A DNA stretch of 64,000 bases from the human T2T-CHM13v2.0 reference genome, Homo sapiens. The notes under the pieces are model-generated. The model was not told the DNA's origin. It saw only the letters and a list, made by a program, of their open reading frames with translations, and made no database searches. Each line of letters begins with the position of its first letter. Within the stretch, counting starts at the first letter, position 1. The stretch is from NCBI RefSeq assembly GCF_009914755.1, contig NC_060926.1; one strand, 5' to 3'. The translations under genes were made by a program, and so were the position numbers. Shown piece by piece: positions 15,341 through 29,259 of the stretch.

Positions 15341-17848
15341 TGCTATAGTCTGAATGTTTTTGTTACTCCCAAATTCATATGTTGAAATCCTAGGTATTAA
15401 GAGGTAGGGCCTTTGGGGAGTGATTAGGTCTTAAGAGTAGAGCCTTCATGAATGGGATTCGTGTCCTTATAAAAGGGACTCCAGAGAGCTAACTAGCTAT
15501 GTGAGGATGCAGTGAGATGTCTGTCTATGAAGGAAGTGAGCCCTCACGAGACACCAAGTTGGTTGGCTCCTTGATCTTGGACTTCTCAGCCTCCAGAACT
15601 GTGAGAAATGAATTTTTGTTATTTATAAGCTACCCAATCTATGGTATTTTGCTATAGCAGTCTGAACAGGCTAAGACCAAAATTGGTACCAAGGTGCGAG
15701 AGTGCTGCTATAACAAATAGGTAAATTCTAGAAGCAGCTTTGGACTGGGTAATAGTAGAGACCGGAAGAATTTGGAGGTTCATCCTAGATTAAAGACTGT
15801 ATTACCATGAAAGGACTGTTAAGGGGAATTCTGGTGAGGGCTCAGAAGAAGAAGAGGAGAGCTGTAGATAAAGCTTCAATATTCTTAGAGAATCCTTAAG
15901 TGGTCATGATCAGAATGTTGGTAAAAATATGGATGGTAAAGGCCATTCTGATGAGATCTCAGATGGAAATGAGGAACACTGGAAACTGAAGGAAAGTCAG
16001 TCCTTGTTACAAAGTGTGAAAGAACTTGGCTATTGTGTCCTAGTGTTTTGTGGAAAGTAGAGCTTATGAGTGATAAAATAGGAAAATTAATGAAATAAAT
16101 TTGTTAGCAAAATGTTGAAGGCACAGCATGGCTTCTTTTAAATGCTCATAATAACATACAGAGAGAAACACAATTTAAAAATATAATTTATTGGGGTGGG
16201 CGGGGGGTAAGGGAAGGGAGAGCATTAGGACAAATACCTAATGCATATGGGGCTTAAAACCTAGGTGATGGGTTGATAAGTGCAGCAAACCACCATGGCA
16301 CATGTACACCTATGTAACAAACCTGCACATTCTGCACATGTATCCCAGAACTTAAAGTAAAATAAATAAAGAAATAAACAAAATTTCTTCTCAAAAGAAA
16401 AACATAAAGATTTGGAAAATTATCAGCCTGTCTATATTGTAACAAATAAGAAAGCATGGTTAGAAGAGAACACCAAGGATGTGGCCATCATTTAATAAAG
16501 AGGTTAGTATTCATTAGCCAGGTACTATTTATCGAGACAATGGAAAAGTGACCCAGAAGGTATTTCATAGATCATCACTGCTGCCTTTTCCATCACAGGC
16601 CCAGAATGAAAAGGCACTGAGGACAGAATGATTTCAAAGGAGGGGTCCAGGGAGCCCTCACCCTGGCATTGCCCCAGTGGTTTTCTTTCTGCAATCTGGT
16701 GCAGCCCTCTTCTGATACCCTAGATGTGGTGTGAGCTCGAGGGCACAGATGGTAAACCTTGGTGGCATCCTCACAGTGCCATCTCCCATGGTGCATGGGG
16801 TACATGAGTCATGTGGGCATGGCTACCTACACCTAGATTCCCAAAGATGGAGCCCACATAGCCCAGCCAGAGGGCCATGACAAGGGCAGGACCAACAAAG
16901 GGAATCCCCCCTAGGACACTGCCTAGTGGAGCTGTGGGGTCAGGGTTCAGTTGCGACCCCAGATGTGTAGAACTATCTGCATGTGCTTCTAGCCTCAGGA
17001 ATCTCAATTACAACCCTTGAAAGCTGCACCGTGGACTGTGACCAGCAAAGTCATAAGGGTAGGGCCAACCAGAGCTTTAGGGACCCAATTCCTACCTCAG
17101 TGTGTCCAGGAGGCAGAACATTGAGTCAAAGAAGATTATTCTTGAGTCTTCAGGCTTAATGTTATCCCTGTTGAATTTCAAACTTACTTGAGACCTGTTA
17201 CGCCTTTTTTCTTTCCTATTTCTCCCTCTTGGAACAGAGGGAGAAATGTCTATTCCACCACTGTATTTTAGAAGCATATAGCATGTTTGATTTCATAGGT
17301 TTGCAGCTGGAAAGCAATTTGCCTCAGGATGAATCATACCTTGAGTCTCATCCATATCTGATTTAGATGATATTTAGCTGAGAATGTGGACTTCAGACTT
17401 TTGAGTCGATGCTGGAATTATTTAAGACTTTGGGGACCACTGGGATGGAATGAGTGCATTTTGCATGTGAGAAAGACATAAATTTTGGCGGGTGGGGGGG
17501 GGGCGGGCAGGGCCTGAATGCTGTGGTCTGAATATTTGTGTCCCTCGGAATGCATATACTGACATCCTAACCCCCAAGGTCATGGTATTAGCAAGTGGGG
17601 CCTTTGGGAGGTGATTAGGTCATAAGGGCACACTTCTCACTATTAAAATTAGTGTCCTTATAACAGAGACCCCAGACAGCTAGCTAGCCCCTTCCACCAT
17701 GTGAGGAAACAGTGAGAAGATGTCCATATATGAAGGATGGTCTTTCTTGATCTTGGACTTCCCAGCCTCTAGAACTACGAGAAATTAATTTCTGTTGTTT
17801 ATAAGCTACCAAGTATATGGTATTTTGTTATAGCAGCCTGAACAGACA
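15341..17848 (+). mobile_element. Full-length MaLR provirus (MLT1A/MST type): LTR 15341-15679, internal region, LTR 17519-17848
   Basis: Two similar LTRs, AAATTGGTACC internal start, G-rich PPT before 3' LTR, TSD GACTC/CACTC. Confidence 0.9.
16193..16385 (+). mobile_element. L1PA (about PA7-8) 3' tip inside the MaLR internal region
   Basis: GCATTAGGACAAATACCTAATGCA...CCAGAACTTAAAGTAAAATAAA. Confidence 0.9.
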
Positions 17849-18148
17849 CACTCCTAACAACCTCCCCAGCAATTTTGAAAGCACCCAATTCCCTATTTTA
17901 AATGCTCTTCTGCCTATTTTAATAGCAGAGTGGTTTGTTTCCTGAACTGATACAATTGATAATAAAAATTTTCAAACAGAAACTGCAAACCTATTTTAGA
18001 ATCATTAAAGTAATTCATTTTATTTGTATCTATCCTATACACTGAATGCTACTAAAATGAGTGTTAAGTGGTTTAAAAATGGAGAACTATCTAGGAGATT
18101 CTCTTCTGTTTGTACTAACTACTGGCACATTTAAAAAAATTACACATC

Positions 18149-18475
18149 AGCCTGGGCACGATGGCTCACACCTGTAATCCCAGCACTTTGGGTGGTCGAG
18201 GCAAGTGGGTCACTTGAGGACAGGAGTTCAAGACCAACCTGAGCAACATGGTGAAACCCCTGTCTCTACTAAAAATACGAAAATTAGCTGGGTGTGGTGG
18301 CATGTGCCTGTAGTCCCAGCTACTCGGAGGCTGAGGTGGGAGAATCACTTGAACCCTGGAGGCGGAATTTGCAGTGAGCCAAGATCATGCCACTGCACTC
18401 TAGCCTGGGTGACAGAGTGAGACCTTGTCTCAAATACAAAACAAAACAAACAAACAGAAACAAACAAACAAAAAA
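18149..18475 (+). mobile_element. Alu (S/J family)
   Basis: Full dimer, (CAAA)n tail, TSD ACACATCA. Confidence 0.95.
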
Positions 18476-20563
18476 CACACATCAAGTCATGGGCAGCATG
18501 TTTAACTTTATTTTTAAAGTTTATCCAGAATATAGAATGACTGAATGAGTAGCTATTAAGGATTATTTTCTATAAAGTAATATTTTTACTTAAAAAACTG
18601 ACAAAAATGAACATGACTGGCAGAAGAACAGTGGCTTACTCTACTCTCTAAGAAATGCCTGGTGACATCAGTTAAAAGGTATGCCAGAGACTAACAGCTG
18701 GGTCACTCCAAGTTTCACTCTCTTTGACTCAGCATCCTGAAATGACTCTCAACAGGCTGGGAAAGCCATTAAAACAGCTCCTGGCCCATAGCAATAACAG
18801 GCTTTTTACCTTTCAATCCTGGTGATCCTCTGGGAGCTGATGACAATTCTGAATTTTGTCTCTTTTTACACTGTTTGCAATGTGAATTTGACAGTGAGTA
18901 AATGAATAAAAGGGAGTGAAACGTGGGAAATTTATCCTTTGAGTACCACTGAGCACTTGGTATTATATTTGCTTCTGAGGCAGCTTTTCATATTTACAGT
19001 TAATCCAGTGACATTTTTGGCTGTGCTTTTAGAAGAGAAAAATTGATGGCTAAGAGGGCAAATGACTGAGAAGTCACAGCCCTCTCTGCAAATGCAGACA
19101 CGCAAATTTACAATTTTCTGGCAGACGACAAACAGCAACAAACATTCAAGCCTACATTTTCAGAGGTTTACTCTGTATTAACCAGGTCACCATACAGTGC
19201 AGAATAAGATAGAATTGCTTTGACTCTCAGGCCTTTTAAAGACTGGTTGGAGCCTTCTAATGCTTGACCATATGTGAATTATCCACTTGGTGGATTACTT
19301 GAAATTCAGCCAGCATAACCCCAAGTGAACTGCTCTGCCTAAGTTATATTTAGAAAACCACTCACTTATTTAAACATTAGACTACTCAAAAATTTATGGG
19401 CTGAATATATCCAAGATAAAGTATATAACTATATATATATAAACATTTCTAAAAGTAAAAGGATTTTTTTTTTGGTCCCCCAAAGTTTTGGAATTAAAAT
19501 TATTTAGAGCTGGCAGGGTCCTTAAGACATTTTGTCCAAGAGTTTCATTTTATAGCTGAGAAAACAGACACGATGAGGTTTACTGACTTGCCAAGCAAAA
19601 CAGTTCATTGTTAAATTAACATTTTTAAATCACAGCTTCCCTTCCATTATCCTGCACATAAGGAAGTTTTTGGAAATATTTTTAGAATTGTCTGTGATAT
19701 GGAGGAAATAATCCAAGGCCACACCAAAGCTCCCTAAGAACAGAGTTGGACTCCACGGGTGATGGGCTGATATGCTGGGGTATGCAGTTGCGGGAAGAGC
19801 CTGCCAGGTGTTCCTTCACTTGTCCTTGTTAGCCCACACTACAAGAAGTCCTCAGAACCTGTCCTCACTTTCTTTTTATTTTGTTTTATAACTCACTCAG
19901 ACTGCTTAATTGTCCTTATGCTATCTCTTTTCTGCAAGTAAACCTCAGTTGCCTTCTGTGAACTATGGAATTTTAGGGAGGAGTTGGACCCATGAGTACG
20001 GAGAGGCAACCCCACACACTAACAGAAAGTAAGCACCAGGGCTGCTGGAGAAGAGAGGAGAGTACAGTTCACAGTGTATATTTAATGCTGCTGAGCAGCT
20101 GGGCATCAGGGATTGTGAGACTTTACACCCCAGAAGTTGCTCAATAGTGGTCTGTGGGGCTCTGCTAGAAACCAGCAAGGGAGCCAGCAGAGAAAAGGGA
20201 GTGCAGCCGGTGAACAAATCCCAGAAGCTCATCTCAGGACTGCTGGCTACCTTTCAGGCTAATGACCTATAGCTGAGGGCTTGCATCTATTTGCAGATGT
20301 ACTTAGATTTTAAAAGGAAGTCTGTACCACCTGATACACATTAGCATGGCTGCTATTTTTTTAAAAAAGAAAAAACAGAAAATAATTATTAGTGAGGACG
20401 TGGAGAAATTGTAGCCTTTGTGCACTGTTGTAGGAATGTAAAATAGTGCAGCCACTATAGAAAACAGTATGGCAGTTCCTCAAAAAATTAAAAATTGAAC
20501 TATCATATAGTCAAGCTATTCTAATTCTTGATATACACCTAAAAGAATTGAAAGCAGGGACTT

Positions 20564-20841
<278 letters not shown>

Positions 20842-21234
20842 TTATTTACAATAGCCAAAAAGTGAAAACAACTTGTGTGCATTGACAGATAAACGTTTAA
20901 GCAAAATATGTACACACAATGAAGTATTATTCAGCCTTAAAAATGGATGAAATTCTGATACATGCTACCAAGTGGATGAACCTTGAAGACATTATGCCAG
21001 TCACAAAAAGACACGTATTTTATTATTCCACTGATAAAACGTACCTATAGTCAAAATCATAGATAGAAAGTTAAATCATAGTTTCCAGGGGCTGGGGAAA
21101 GGGGGAAATGAAGAGTTATTGCTTAACAGGTACAGAGTTTCAGTTTTGCAAGATGAAAAGTGTTCTGGTGGTGGATGGTTGCACAACAATGTGAATGTAC
21201 TTAATACCACTGAGCTACACAGTTAAAAATAATT

Positions 21235-21402
21235 GGGGGGAGGGGGAAGGGATAGCTTTAGGAGATATACCTAATGCTAAATGACGAGTTAATGGGTGCA
21301 GCACACCAGCATGGCACATGTATACATATGTAACTAACCTACACATTGTGCATATGTACCCTAAAACTTAAAGTATAATAATAATAAAATAAAATAAAAT
21401 AA
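21235..21402 (+). mobile_element. Young L1PA (about PA2-3) 3' tip
   Basis: CCTAATGCTAAATGACGAGTTAATGGGTGCAGCACACCAGC...CCTAAAACTTAAAGTATAAT. Confidence 0.93.
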
Positions 21403-21669
21403 ATTAAAACTGTAAATTTTTATGTGCATTTTGCCACAATTTTTTTTGAGAAAAGGAAGTCTGCAGTATTCCTAAAGTGTATGTTAGCTGAAATTTGTTA
21501 AGTATTTGATTTTTTTTCATTGAAAGGAAAGCCATAGCCTATCTTTCATCATTCTTCCCTTAGTTCCTTCCTCTTTCCTTTCTTCCTTCATCCTTCCCTT
21601 CTTCCTGCCTTCAAACATCTACTTGATGTTTGCCAAACATTGTGGGAGGCCCCTGATAAAACATACCAT

Positions 21670-21988
21670 GGTCGGGTGCTGTGGTTCACACCTGTAATCC
21701 CAGCACTTTGGGAAGCCAAGGCAAGAGGATTGCTTGAATCCAGGGGTTTGAGACAAGCCTGGGCAACAAAGTGAGAGCCCATCTCTACAAAAATAAAAAT
21801 TAAAACATTTGCCAGGCACAGTGGCATGTGCCTGTAGTCCCAACTACTTATGTGGCTGAGGCAGGAGGATCACTTGAGCCCAGGAGTTTGAGGCTGGCTG
21901 CAGTGAGCTATGATCACACCACCCCTGTACTCCACTCCAGCCCAGGCAACAGAGCAAGATCCTGTCTCTTAAGAAAAAAAAAAAAAAG
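21670..21988 (+). mobile_element. AluJ
   Basis: Full dimer with poly(A). Confidence 0.93.
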
Positions 21989-23714
21989 ATAATATGCCCT
22001 GCTGGTAATCCAGGTAAATAGACATTATCATCTGACCGAGGTCTGCTCTGTGATAGAGATGTGCTCAGTTTCCCACGGGAGCTTAGAGAGGGGACACTAA
22101 TGCAGCCTTGGAGACAAAGGAAAACCTGTAGGATTTTGGGATTCCTAACTGAAGTCTTGGAGGGTGAATAGAAATTAGCTACCTAAAGAAGGAAAAATCT
22201 GAACTAACATAACAACATCAGTAATAATATTTTATGGTAATAAAGCTACAATTAATGCATTATTTATACGAATAATGTTTGTTAAACACTAGGTGCCAGG
22301 CACAGTTCTAGGTGCTGAAAATATGAAGGTAGACAAGATAAAATTTCTCTCTCATGAAGCTTAGGGGCAGACAGTCAATAAATACATAGATAATATATGG
22401 AATTATCAAATTGTGGTAAGTGCTATGGAGAACAACAGAGCAAGGGAAAAGGAAAGGGAGGTTTGGGTTAAGGGAGGGAGAGGACATTACTAATTTTTAT
22501 AGGGTAGCTAGGGAAGGCCTCACTAATACAGTGGCATCTGAGCAGAGGACAAAAGGTGGGAAGGGAAGGACCCTGGGGGAAGAAGTAGAGACCAGAAGAA
22601 TACCATAGGCAAAGTTCTTGAGGTGGGAGCATGCCAGGTGTGTTTGGAAGACAGTGTGACCGGAGTTGCAGCAGGGAGGGAAAGAGTATTTGGAGAGGAA
22701 GGGGGTGAGAGGAGGGCAGCGTTCCCATCATGTAGGGCATTTGGGACCACAGGAGGACAGGAGCATGTGCTGCCTATGAGATGGAAGCCACTAGAGGGTT
22801 TTGAGCAGAGGAATGGCTAAAAACTTGGGTTTTAAAGGGATCATTTTGTTTACTCTGTTAAGAAGATTGGAAGAGGCAAGACTGGATATAACATCACTAA
22901 TTAGGAGACTATTGCAATAATCCAGGAGAAATTGATAGTGGCTTGAACCAGGATGGCAACAGTTGATACAGTTGATGTTGTCATATTCCAGATATATGTT
23001 GAAGGTGGAATCACAAGATTTGCTGACAGACTGGATATCAAGTGTGAACAAAAGCAAATAATCATGAATGACTCCCAAGTTGTTGGCCTAAACAACTAGA
23101 AGCACAGACCTGTCATTTACTAAGATGAAAATCCTGTAGGACACGCAGATTTGGGGTGGGAGTAGGCAGGTAATCAGACATTTGGTTTTGGACACATCAA
23201 GTTTGAGATGCCTATCAGATATTCATGTGGAGATATCAAGTGCTGTAATATGTAGAAAGTTCCAGAGTTTAGAGGAGAAGTGTAGCTAAAGACATAAATT
23301 AGAATCTCCCTGCTTGGATTGCTTCCAAGCCATGACCCTCCCTGGGTGAGATTCCCAAGTGGGGAAGTATAGATAAAGAAGATGTCTAATGATTGGGCCA
23401 TTGGGTACTTGGGACACTCCACTAGTCAGGGAAATGAGGTGGAACCAGCAAAGAAGACAGAAACAACAGCCACAGAGCTAAAAAGGAGAAGCAAGTGAGT
23501 CTCCAAAACTAAGTGAAAAAGATGTGTTTTGAAGAAAAGGGAGTGAGCAACTGTGTTGAGTGCTGAAGACAGGTCAAGTATAAAGAGGGCTGAGATTGGA
23601 CCACTGGATTTGGCAGCATGGAGGTCAGTAGTGACTGCAAGAGCTACTTCAGTGGGGCGGTAGGAGCGAGTGCTTGGTTGGAGTGCATTTGAGACAAAAT
23701 AGCTTTTAACTATT

Positions 23715-23880
23715 TGAATTCTGTATGCCTTGGTTTCCTTATCTATAAAATTTGGAGTAACTCAGTACTATTCTCATAGAGTTTTTGTCATAAAAATTAA
23801 AGGAAAAAACACATCTGAAGTGCCTGATTAAGGTGTAGTATGTAGTAAGTCCTTAGTAAACATAAGCTATTGTTATTATT
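23715..23880 (+). mobile_element. MIR
   Basis: GCCTTGGTTTCCTTATCTATAAAAT core; AGCTATTGTTATTATT tail. Confidence 0.7.
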
Positions 23881-24597
23881 AAAATATTATTTTTATTTCA
23901 ACCATCCAAAGGAAAAATTGGCATTTACTTTTCTTTACCTTAATCAACTTTTTTATAATGCTCAGATAAGAATTGTCACATTTAATGACCATTTTTCTCT
24001 TTTTTACATTTATTTTCTCTAAGTACAGAAATAAAATGAGGGTATATAGACAAATACCATAAAAGGGGAGGAGAGGAAGTAGAAACAGATAGAGATAGGA
24101 CACCTTTAAGGAGTTTTGATGCAAAGGAGCAGAAGAATCTAGCGGTGCTGGAGGGTATTTTTGTTTTTGCTTTTTAAGTTGAGAAAAATAACAATGTATG
24201 GCAGGGAAAATGATCCAGTCAAGAGGGGAAAATTAATAAAAAAAGATGAGAATGTCTTTGAGAGGGAAAGAGGAATGGAATCTGGTATTCAAGTGTACAG
24301 GCTGGCCTTAGGAATGTAGTCAGTTCATCTGTTATCGAGGGACAGGCAGCACCTACAGGTGTAAATGCAGGTGGGTGGGCAGATGTAGCAGAATTTCTCA
24401 TCTAAGGCTTTTTGCTGCTTTCCTAATAAGACATGAAGCAAGATCCTCAGCTGAGAATAAGGAGGGGGAGAGGTGTTGGGGGTTTGAGAAAAGATGTGAA
24501 AAGTGAAGCAGTCATCTAAGAGATGAGGAAAATGAATATATTAAGGAAGGGTAGGAGGATTATCTTGCAGCACTGAGGACCTAATTGAGATTGGTGT

Positions 24598-24961
24598 TGT
24601 CTTAGTCCGTTTTTTGTTCCTCTAACAGAATACCTGAGACTGGGTAGTTTATAAAGAAAAGAAATTCAGTTTTTACAGTTCTAGAAGCTGAAAGTCCAAG
24701 ACTGAGGAGCTGCATCTGATGAGGGCCTTCTTGCTGATGGGAACTCTCCAGAGAGTCCTGAGGTGGTACAGGGCATCACATGGCAACAGGAAAAGAACAT
24801 GCAAACTGGCTTTTATAACAGACCCGATCTGTTGATAACCTATTAACCCATTCATCTATTAATCCATGAATCACCTCTTAAAGGCCCCTCCTCTTAGTAT
24901 TGTTACATTGGGAATAACATTTCAATATGAATTTAGAGGGGACAAAATTGAATCCATAGCA
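24598..24961 (-). mobile_element. MST/MLT1A-type MaLR solo LTR
   Basis: TGTCTTAGTCCG...ACAGAATACCTGAGACTGGG...AATCCATAGCA. Confidence 0.85.
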
Positions 24962-26479
24962 GTGGTGATGAATTTAACATGGCACAGTCAGCATATTTTC
25001 CAATCATGTTTGTCTATGTGGATACTCATTCAGAGGAATTGGAAAGCTGGCATCATCAGGAGGGATTTCATCAGGTGAGTACAATGAAAGGAGAGAGAGG
25101 TAAGAGATTAGGTGGGTATGCAAAGGGTAATTGTAGGAAAGAAACATGCAAACTAAGGTGGAAAAGCAAGGAAGTGAAGCAATGAGGAGGTGAGGTATAA
25201 TGCAATGGTAGAATCCTGACAAGGTACTAGAGGGATGGCATGGGAAAATTAGGAGGTGGGGTCAGAGAGTAGGTTATTTTAAAATGAGATGGAAAAGAAG
25301 TTGCAGCTATTGGTAATGACAAGGCATGACCATGCAGTGGGGGCTAAGGTAGGTTGGAAGACAAGACCATTGGAGGAGAGGAGAGGCAGAGGTCAAAGAC
25401 TTGAGAGGTCAGTGCATGGAAAGGATTATCTGTATGTCATAGAAATTATTCAGAATTAAGACAAGATTACCTTTGGAGACAATGACAGTGAGACAAGAGC
25501 TAAACTCTTCAAGGAATGAAGTGGAGTGGTCCAAGATCTGCAGATGGCTGCAAAAAGAAGGGCTGGCAGTTGTTTAATGCAAAGAGATTCGAATTTTGTG
25601 GGGAGGGGTGGTGCAAGTTTAGGAAGAGCAAGAGAAAATGGTCCTAAAGCAGCAATAGGAACACACAGGTTATGCATCCCTCCTCCAGGCCCAGTGGAAC
25701 ATGGGATGTGACAGAAAAGCAGCCACCTCTTGAGAGAACTGCAAAGGAAGCAGTGCCCCCGCAGACAGCTAATTTTCAGTTAGGCCGAGAAGGTGAAGAG
25801 AGTATAGGAAATTTTGCTAATGGTGAACTGCACATTCCAGGGAGCACAGTGAAAGTTCTTGTGTTATGGAGGGGAAGGAAATAGGATCAGGTGAAAAAAT
25901 ATACAGAGCATTATGGGCATACAGTCCTACCTTGTGGCAATACAGGGCACACATATAAGGATAAAGGGCAGGACGAGACTTGCAGCAATGGTCTCCCAGG
26001 TAGACTGTGGCAGTGAGACCATAACTCTGGTGGGAGAGGAAGGGATGAGGGTTTTACCAGGAGCACGAAGACTCTGGGCTCTGTCTTCTCTCCTGTAGGG
26101 AGGAGGCTAGGAGAGGTGTGATGCCACAGAAGCATGGGGCTATTACAGGAGCCCAGGTAAGGGATGATGATGGCTTGGGTTATTGTAATAGTGGAGCTAC
26201 CAAGGAGTAGCTGAATAAGTAATGTATTTTTGAGATAGAGCTCAGAGGACTAGCTAATGGACTGATTGATGGGGCAGGACTGGAAGCAGGGACTGGGAGA
26301 AAGGGAAATCAAGGATGGTTCTAGGTTTTGGTCTGAGAAATGGATGACTGAGAAACAGGTATGGCAATGAGTGACTAAAGAAAGAGCTTTTCAGATAAAG
26401 TTTGAGGTGCCTATTTAATGTTTAGATGGAGATAGTGAGTAAGCTGTTGGATGTCTGAAGCTGTAAGTAGAGGAGCTTG

Positions 26480-26620
26480 GTGACCTTCAGCAAGTTATGT
26501 AATTTCCCTAAGCCTATTTCCAACTGGAAAATATAACTATCTATTATTGTTATCTATGTGATGTGAGAATTAAATATGGTAATACTGTAAGTGCTTAAGC
26601 TAGAGCCTGGCTCTTGTGCA
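26480..26620 (+). mobile_element. MIR
   Basis: GTGACCTTCAGCAAGTTA...GTGAGAATTAAAT...AAGTGCTTA. Confidence 0.65.
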
Positions 26621-27917
26621 GAGTGATGCGTAAGAGACAATTAATTATCCCTGAGGGAAAAATAGGGGTTCACTGAACCTAAAGTGACTTTTCCAGAGCT
26701 GCTGAATAGTGAGCCCCACAATCAAGGCTTGAATACCAGTCTACGCTCTTTCTACTACACTAGTGGCTCAATTAGAAGTAATATTTATTGACAATCCTCT
26801 GCAGCCAGGGGACAATTCTTACCATAGTATCAAAGAATACAAAGAGATATAAACTATTCTTAGAGTGTTTTCATATCAGGCATCTCACTTGTTTCTCCAG
26901 AGAGTTATGATATAGGGAAGAGGAAAGTATAGGCTATGAAATCCAAACTGACCTGGTTCAGATCTCAGATTATAATTGTGCTCTTAGATTATTCATCATA
27001 ACAGCAGATTTGGGGATCTTCGTTTTCTAAAAAGTAAAATTATTAAGTATTTACTCCTTGGCTTTCTGTAGCAACCAAATTCCATTGGTGTAACCTGCTT
27101 TTTAAAAATGTTCTTAACTAACTTAAGATCTACATTTCCAGTTAAATAATTACACACACCCCCACCCACAGTAATTACCATTTTCTGAATACTAGTTCTA
27201 GACTATTAGCCTTCTTATGTCAACTTTAGAAATCCTAGAGTCTTGTTAATTTTCTCTACGAAAGAGAAGAAAATTGTCCTCCTAATCAGACTCACTACCA
27301 CTGTTCAATATCCCATCAGAGATAATCTGCCTCATTTTCCTGTGAAATAGAGCTTAGTTCACAGAAGATGATAGAGCTTACTCAGAACAGAAAATGAGCT
27401 CTTAGAGGTCTTTGGGAACATTAATTGCAATGGATTAATAATTTACCTTTAACAGTTTTCAACAAATACTTCTTGAGAAAAATCTTATCAAAATACTATA
27501 AGCTTTTGCTGCTGGTTAATCCTGTCGATAGCATGATGAACAAATGGACTCAGCTTTCATAACTTCAGGAATACAAAGCTCATTATTCAACTTCCATCCA
27601 TGGCTTTAGTAAACAAAGATAGAGATTCTGCCCTTAAGGTACACCCTGACTATAGGGGATACAGGCAAGAAAACAAAGAGGTGTATAGTACAGAGCATAA
27701 CAGATGCTTAAGTTGTAACAGGGTGGAGGCACAGAAGTGGAATAAGGCTTTGTGGGGATGAGGTTGCTGCCAGGGATCATTTCAGAGAATGGTATACCCA
27801 TGCTGCGAAGGACAGGCCTTGAAAAACCAAACCTGGCACAACTTGCATTTACAAACTGTTTTATTTAATGGAAATGCCTTTTTATAACTTCTATTCATTT
27901 ATTTAACATTTACTGGG

Positions 27918-28179
27918 GGCCAGGCAGAGTGGTTCACGCCTGTAATTCCAGCAACTTGGGAGGCCGAGGCAGGCGGATTACCTGAGGTCAGGAGCTTGAG
28001 ACCAGTCTGGCCAACAAGGTGAAACCCCGTCTCTACTAAAAATACAAAAATTAGCCCGGCGTGGTGGCTTGCGCTGTAATCCCAGCTACTTGGGAGGCTG
28101 AGGCAGAAGAATCACTTAAAGCTGGGAGGCGAAGTTTGCAATGAGGCCAGATCGCACCACTGCAATCCAGCCTGGGCAA
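27918..28179 (+). mobile_element. AluS-family element lacking its 3' tip and poly(A)
   Basis: Ends at CAGCCTGGGCAA. Confidence 0.93.
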
Positions 28180-28183
28180 ATGC

Positions 28184-28479
28184 TTTTTTTTTTTTTTTAA
28201 GACGGATCTCACTCTGTCACAGAGGCTAGAGTGCAGTGGCGCGATCTTGGTTTGTTGCAACCTCTGCCTTCCAGGTTCAAGCTATTCTCTTGCCTCAGCC
28301 TCCCAAGTTGCTAGGATTACAAGCGCCCATCAGCACGCCCAGCTAATTTTTGTATTTTTAGTAGAGATGGGGTTTCACCAGGTAGGCCAGGCTGGTCTCG
28401 AAATACTGACATCAAGTGATCCACCTGCCTCAGCCTCCCAAAGTGGTGGGATAACAGGCGTCAGCCATCGTGCCTGGCC
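28184..28479 (-). mobile_element. AluS-family element
   Basis: Poly(T) followed by antisense dimer. Confidence 0.95.
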
Positions 28480-29259
28480 ACTTCTGCATCTTCACCATTC
28501 TGAAAATAAATGATCTGTACAAATGTAGAGTTTAATCAGAACTCTCCCAGATAGCAGTTTTTACTAAGTATTCATTAAAGTCTTGTCTGGCTAAGAAGGA
28601 TGTGAGACTACAGGTCCTAATATTACTTAATTTCATATTGAGAAATTCCTGTGCTTGCAACCCTAACTCTAGCCAGCTGACTTACAAATGCCCATCATTG
28701 GTCATGACAGGAAAATTATTCACTGCATAATTTTTACAGAAGGTAAGTAAGAGGCGCTATCACCAGATGTAAAGGATGGTATATTAACAGACTCCCACTT
28801 ACCAACTTCTACCTTACAAAAGCAGACAGATATAACCAAAGCCCTGAGCCAGGGTAAAAGCAGGTTAATTCTGCCCACTGACAGATGGCATTAGTAGTAG
28901 CTGCAAGCCTTTCAGTACCTGCTACAGCTGCACACTAAATGATTGTGAAATTCATTGAAAATAAAGTCTGCTTTCCAAACCCCAGAAACAAAGAGCATCA
29001 GAGCTGAAAGGGATATGAGAGGTCATCTCGTGTAGGCTTTGCCAGTAGATTTTAAAGCTTTATCTAGCAACTTTCCCCACAATGAACCTTTTGCATCTTG
29101 TCAACTTCTCTGATTTTCCTGGAACCTCAACCTGTGTTGAGAATCCCACCCCATATTCCTCTCTTACTCCTTCCCACATTCATGGAATGGCTTAAATATC
29201 ATCACCCTACCCTGTGTTGGGATTTCACAGTTGCAAAGAAATTAAAAAGTGGCAGAATA

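Larger units (their letters stand above)
22250..26460 (-). mobile_element. Long fragmented L2 region, interrupted by a MIR and an MST-type LTR
   Basis: GTGCCAGGCACAGTTCTAGGTGCTG, GAGGGTTTTGAGCAGAGGAATG, TTTGGACACATCAAGTTTGAGATGCCT, TGGATTTGGCAGCATGGAGGTCA motifs. Confidence 0.8.
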
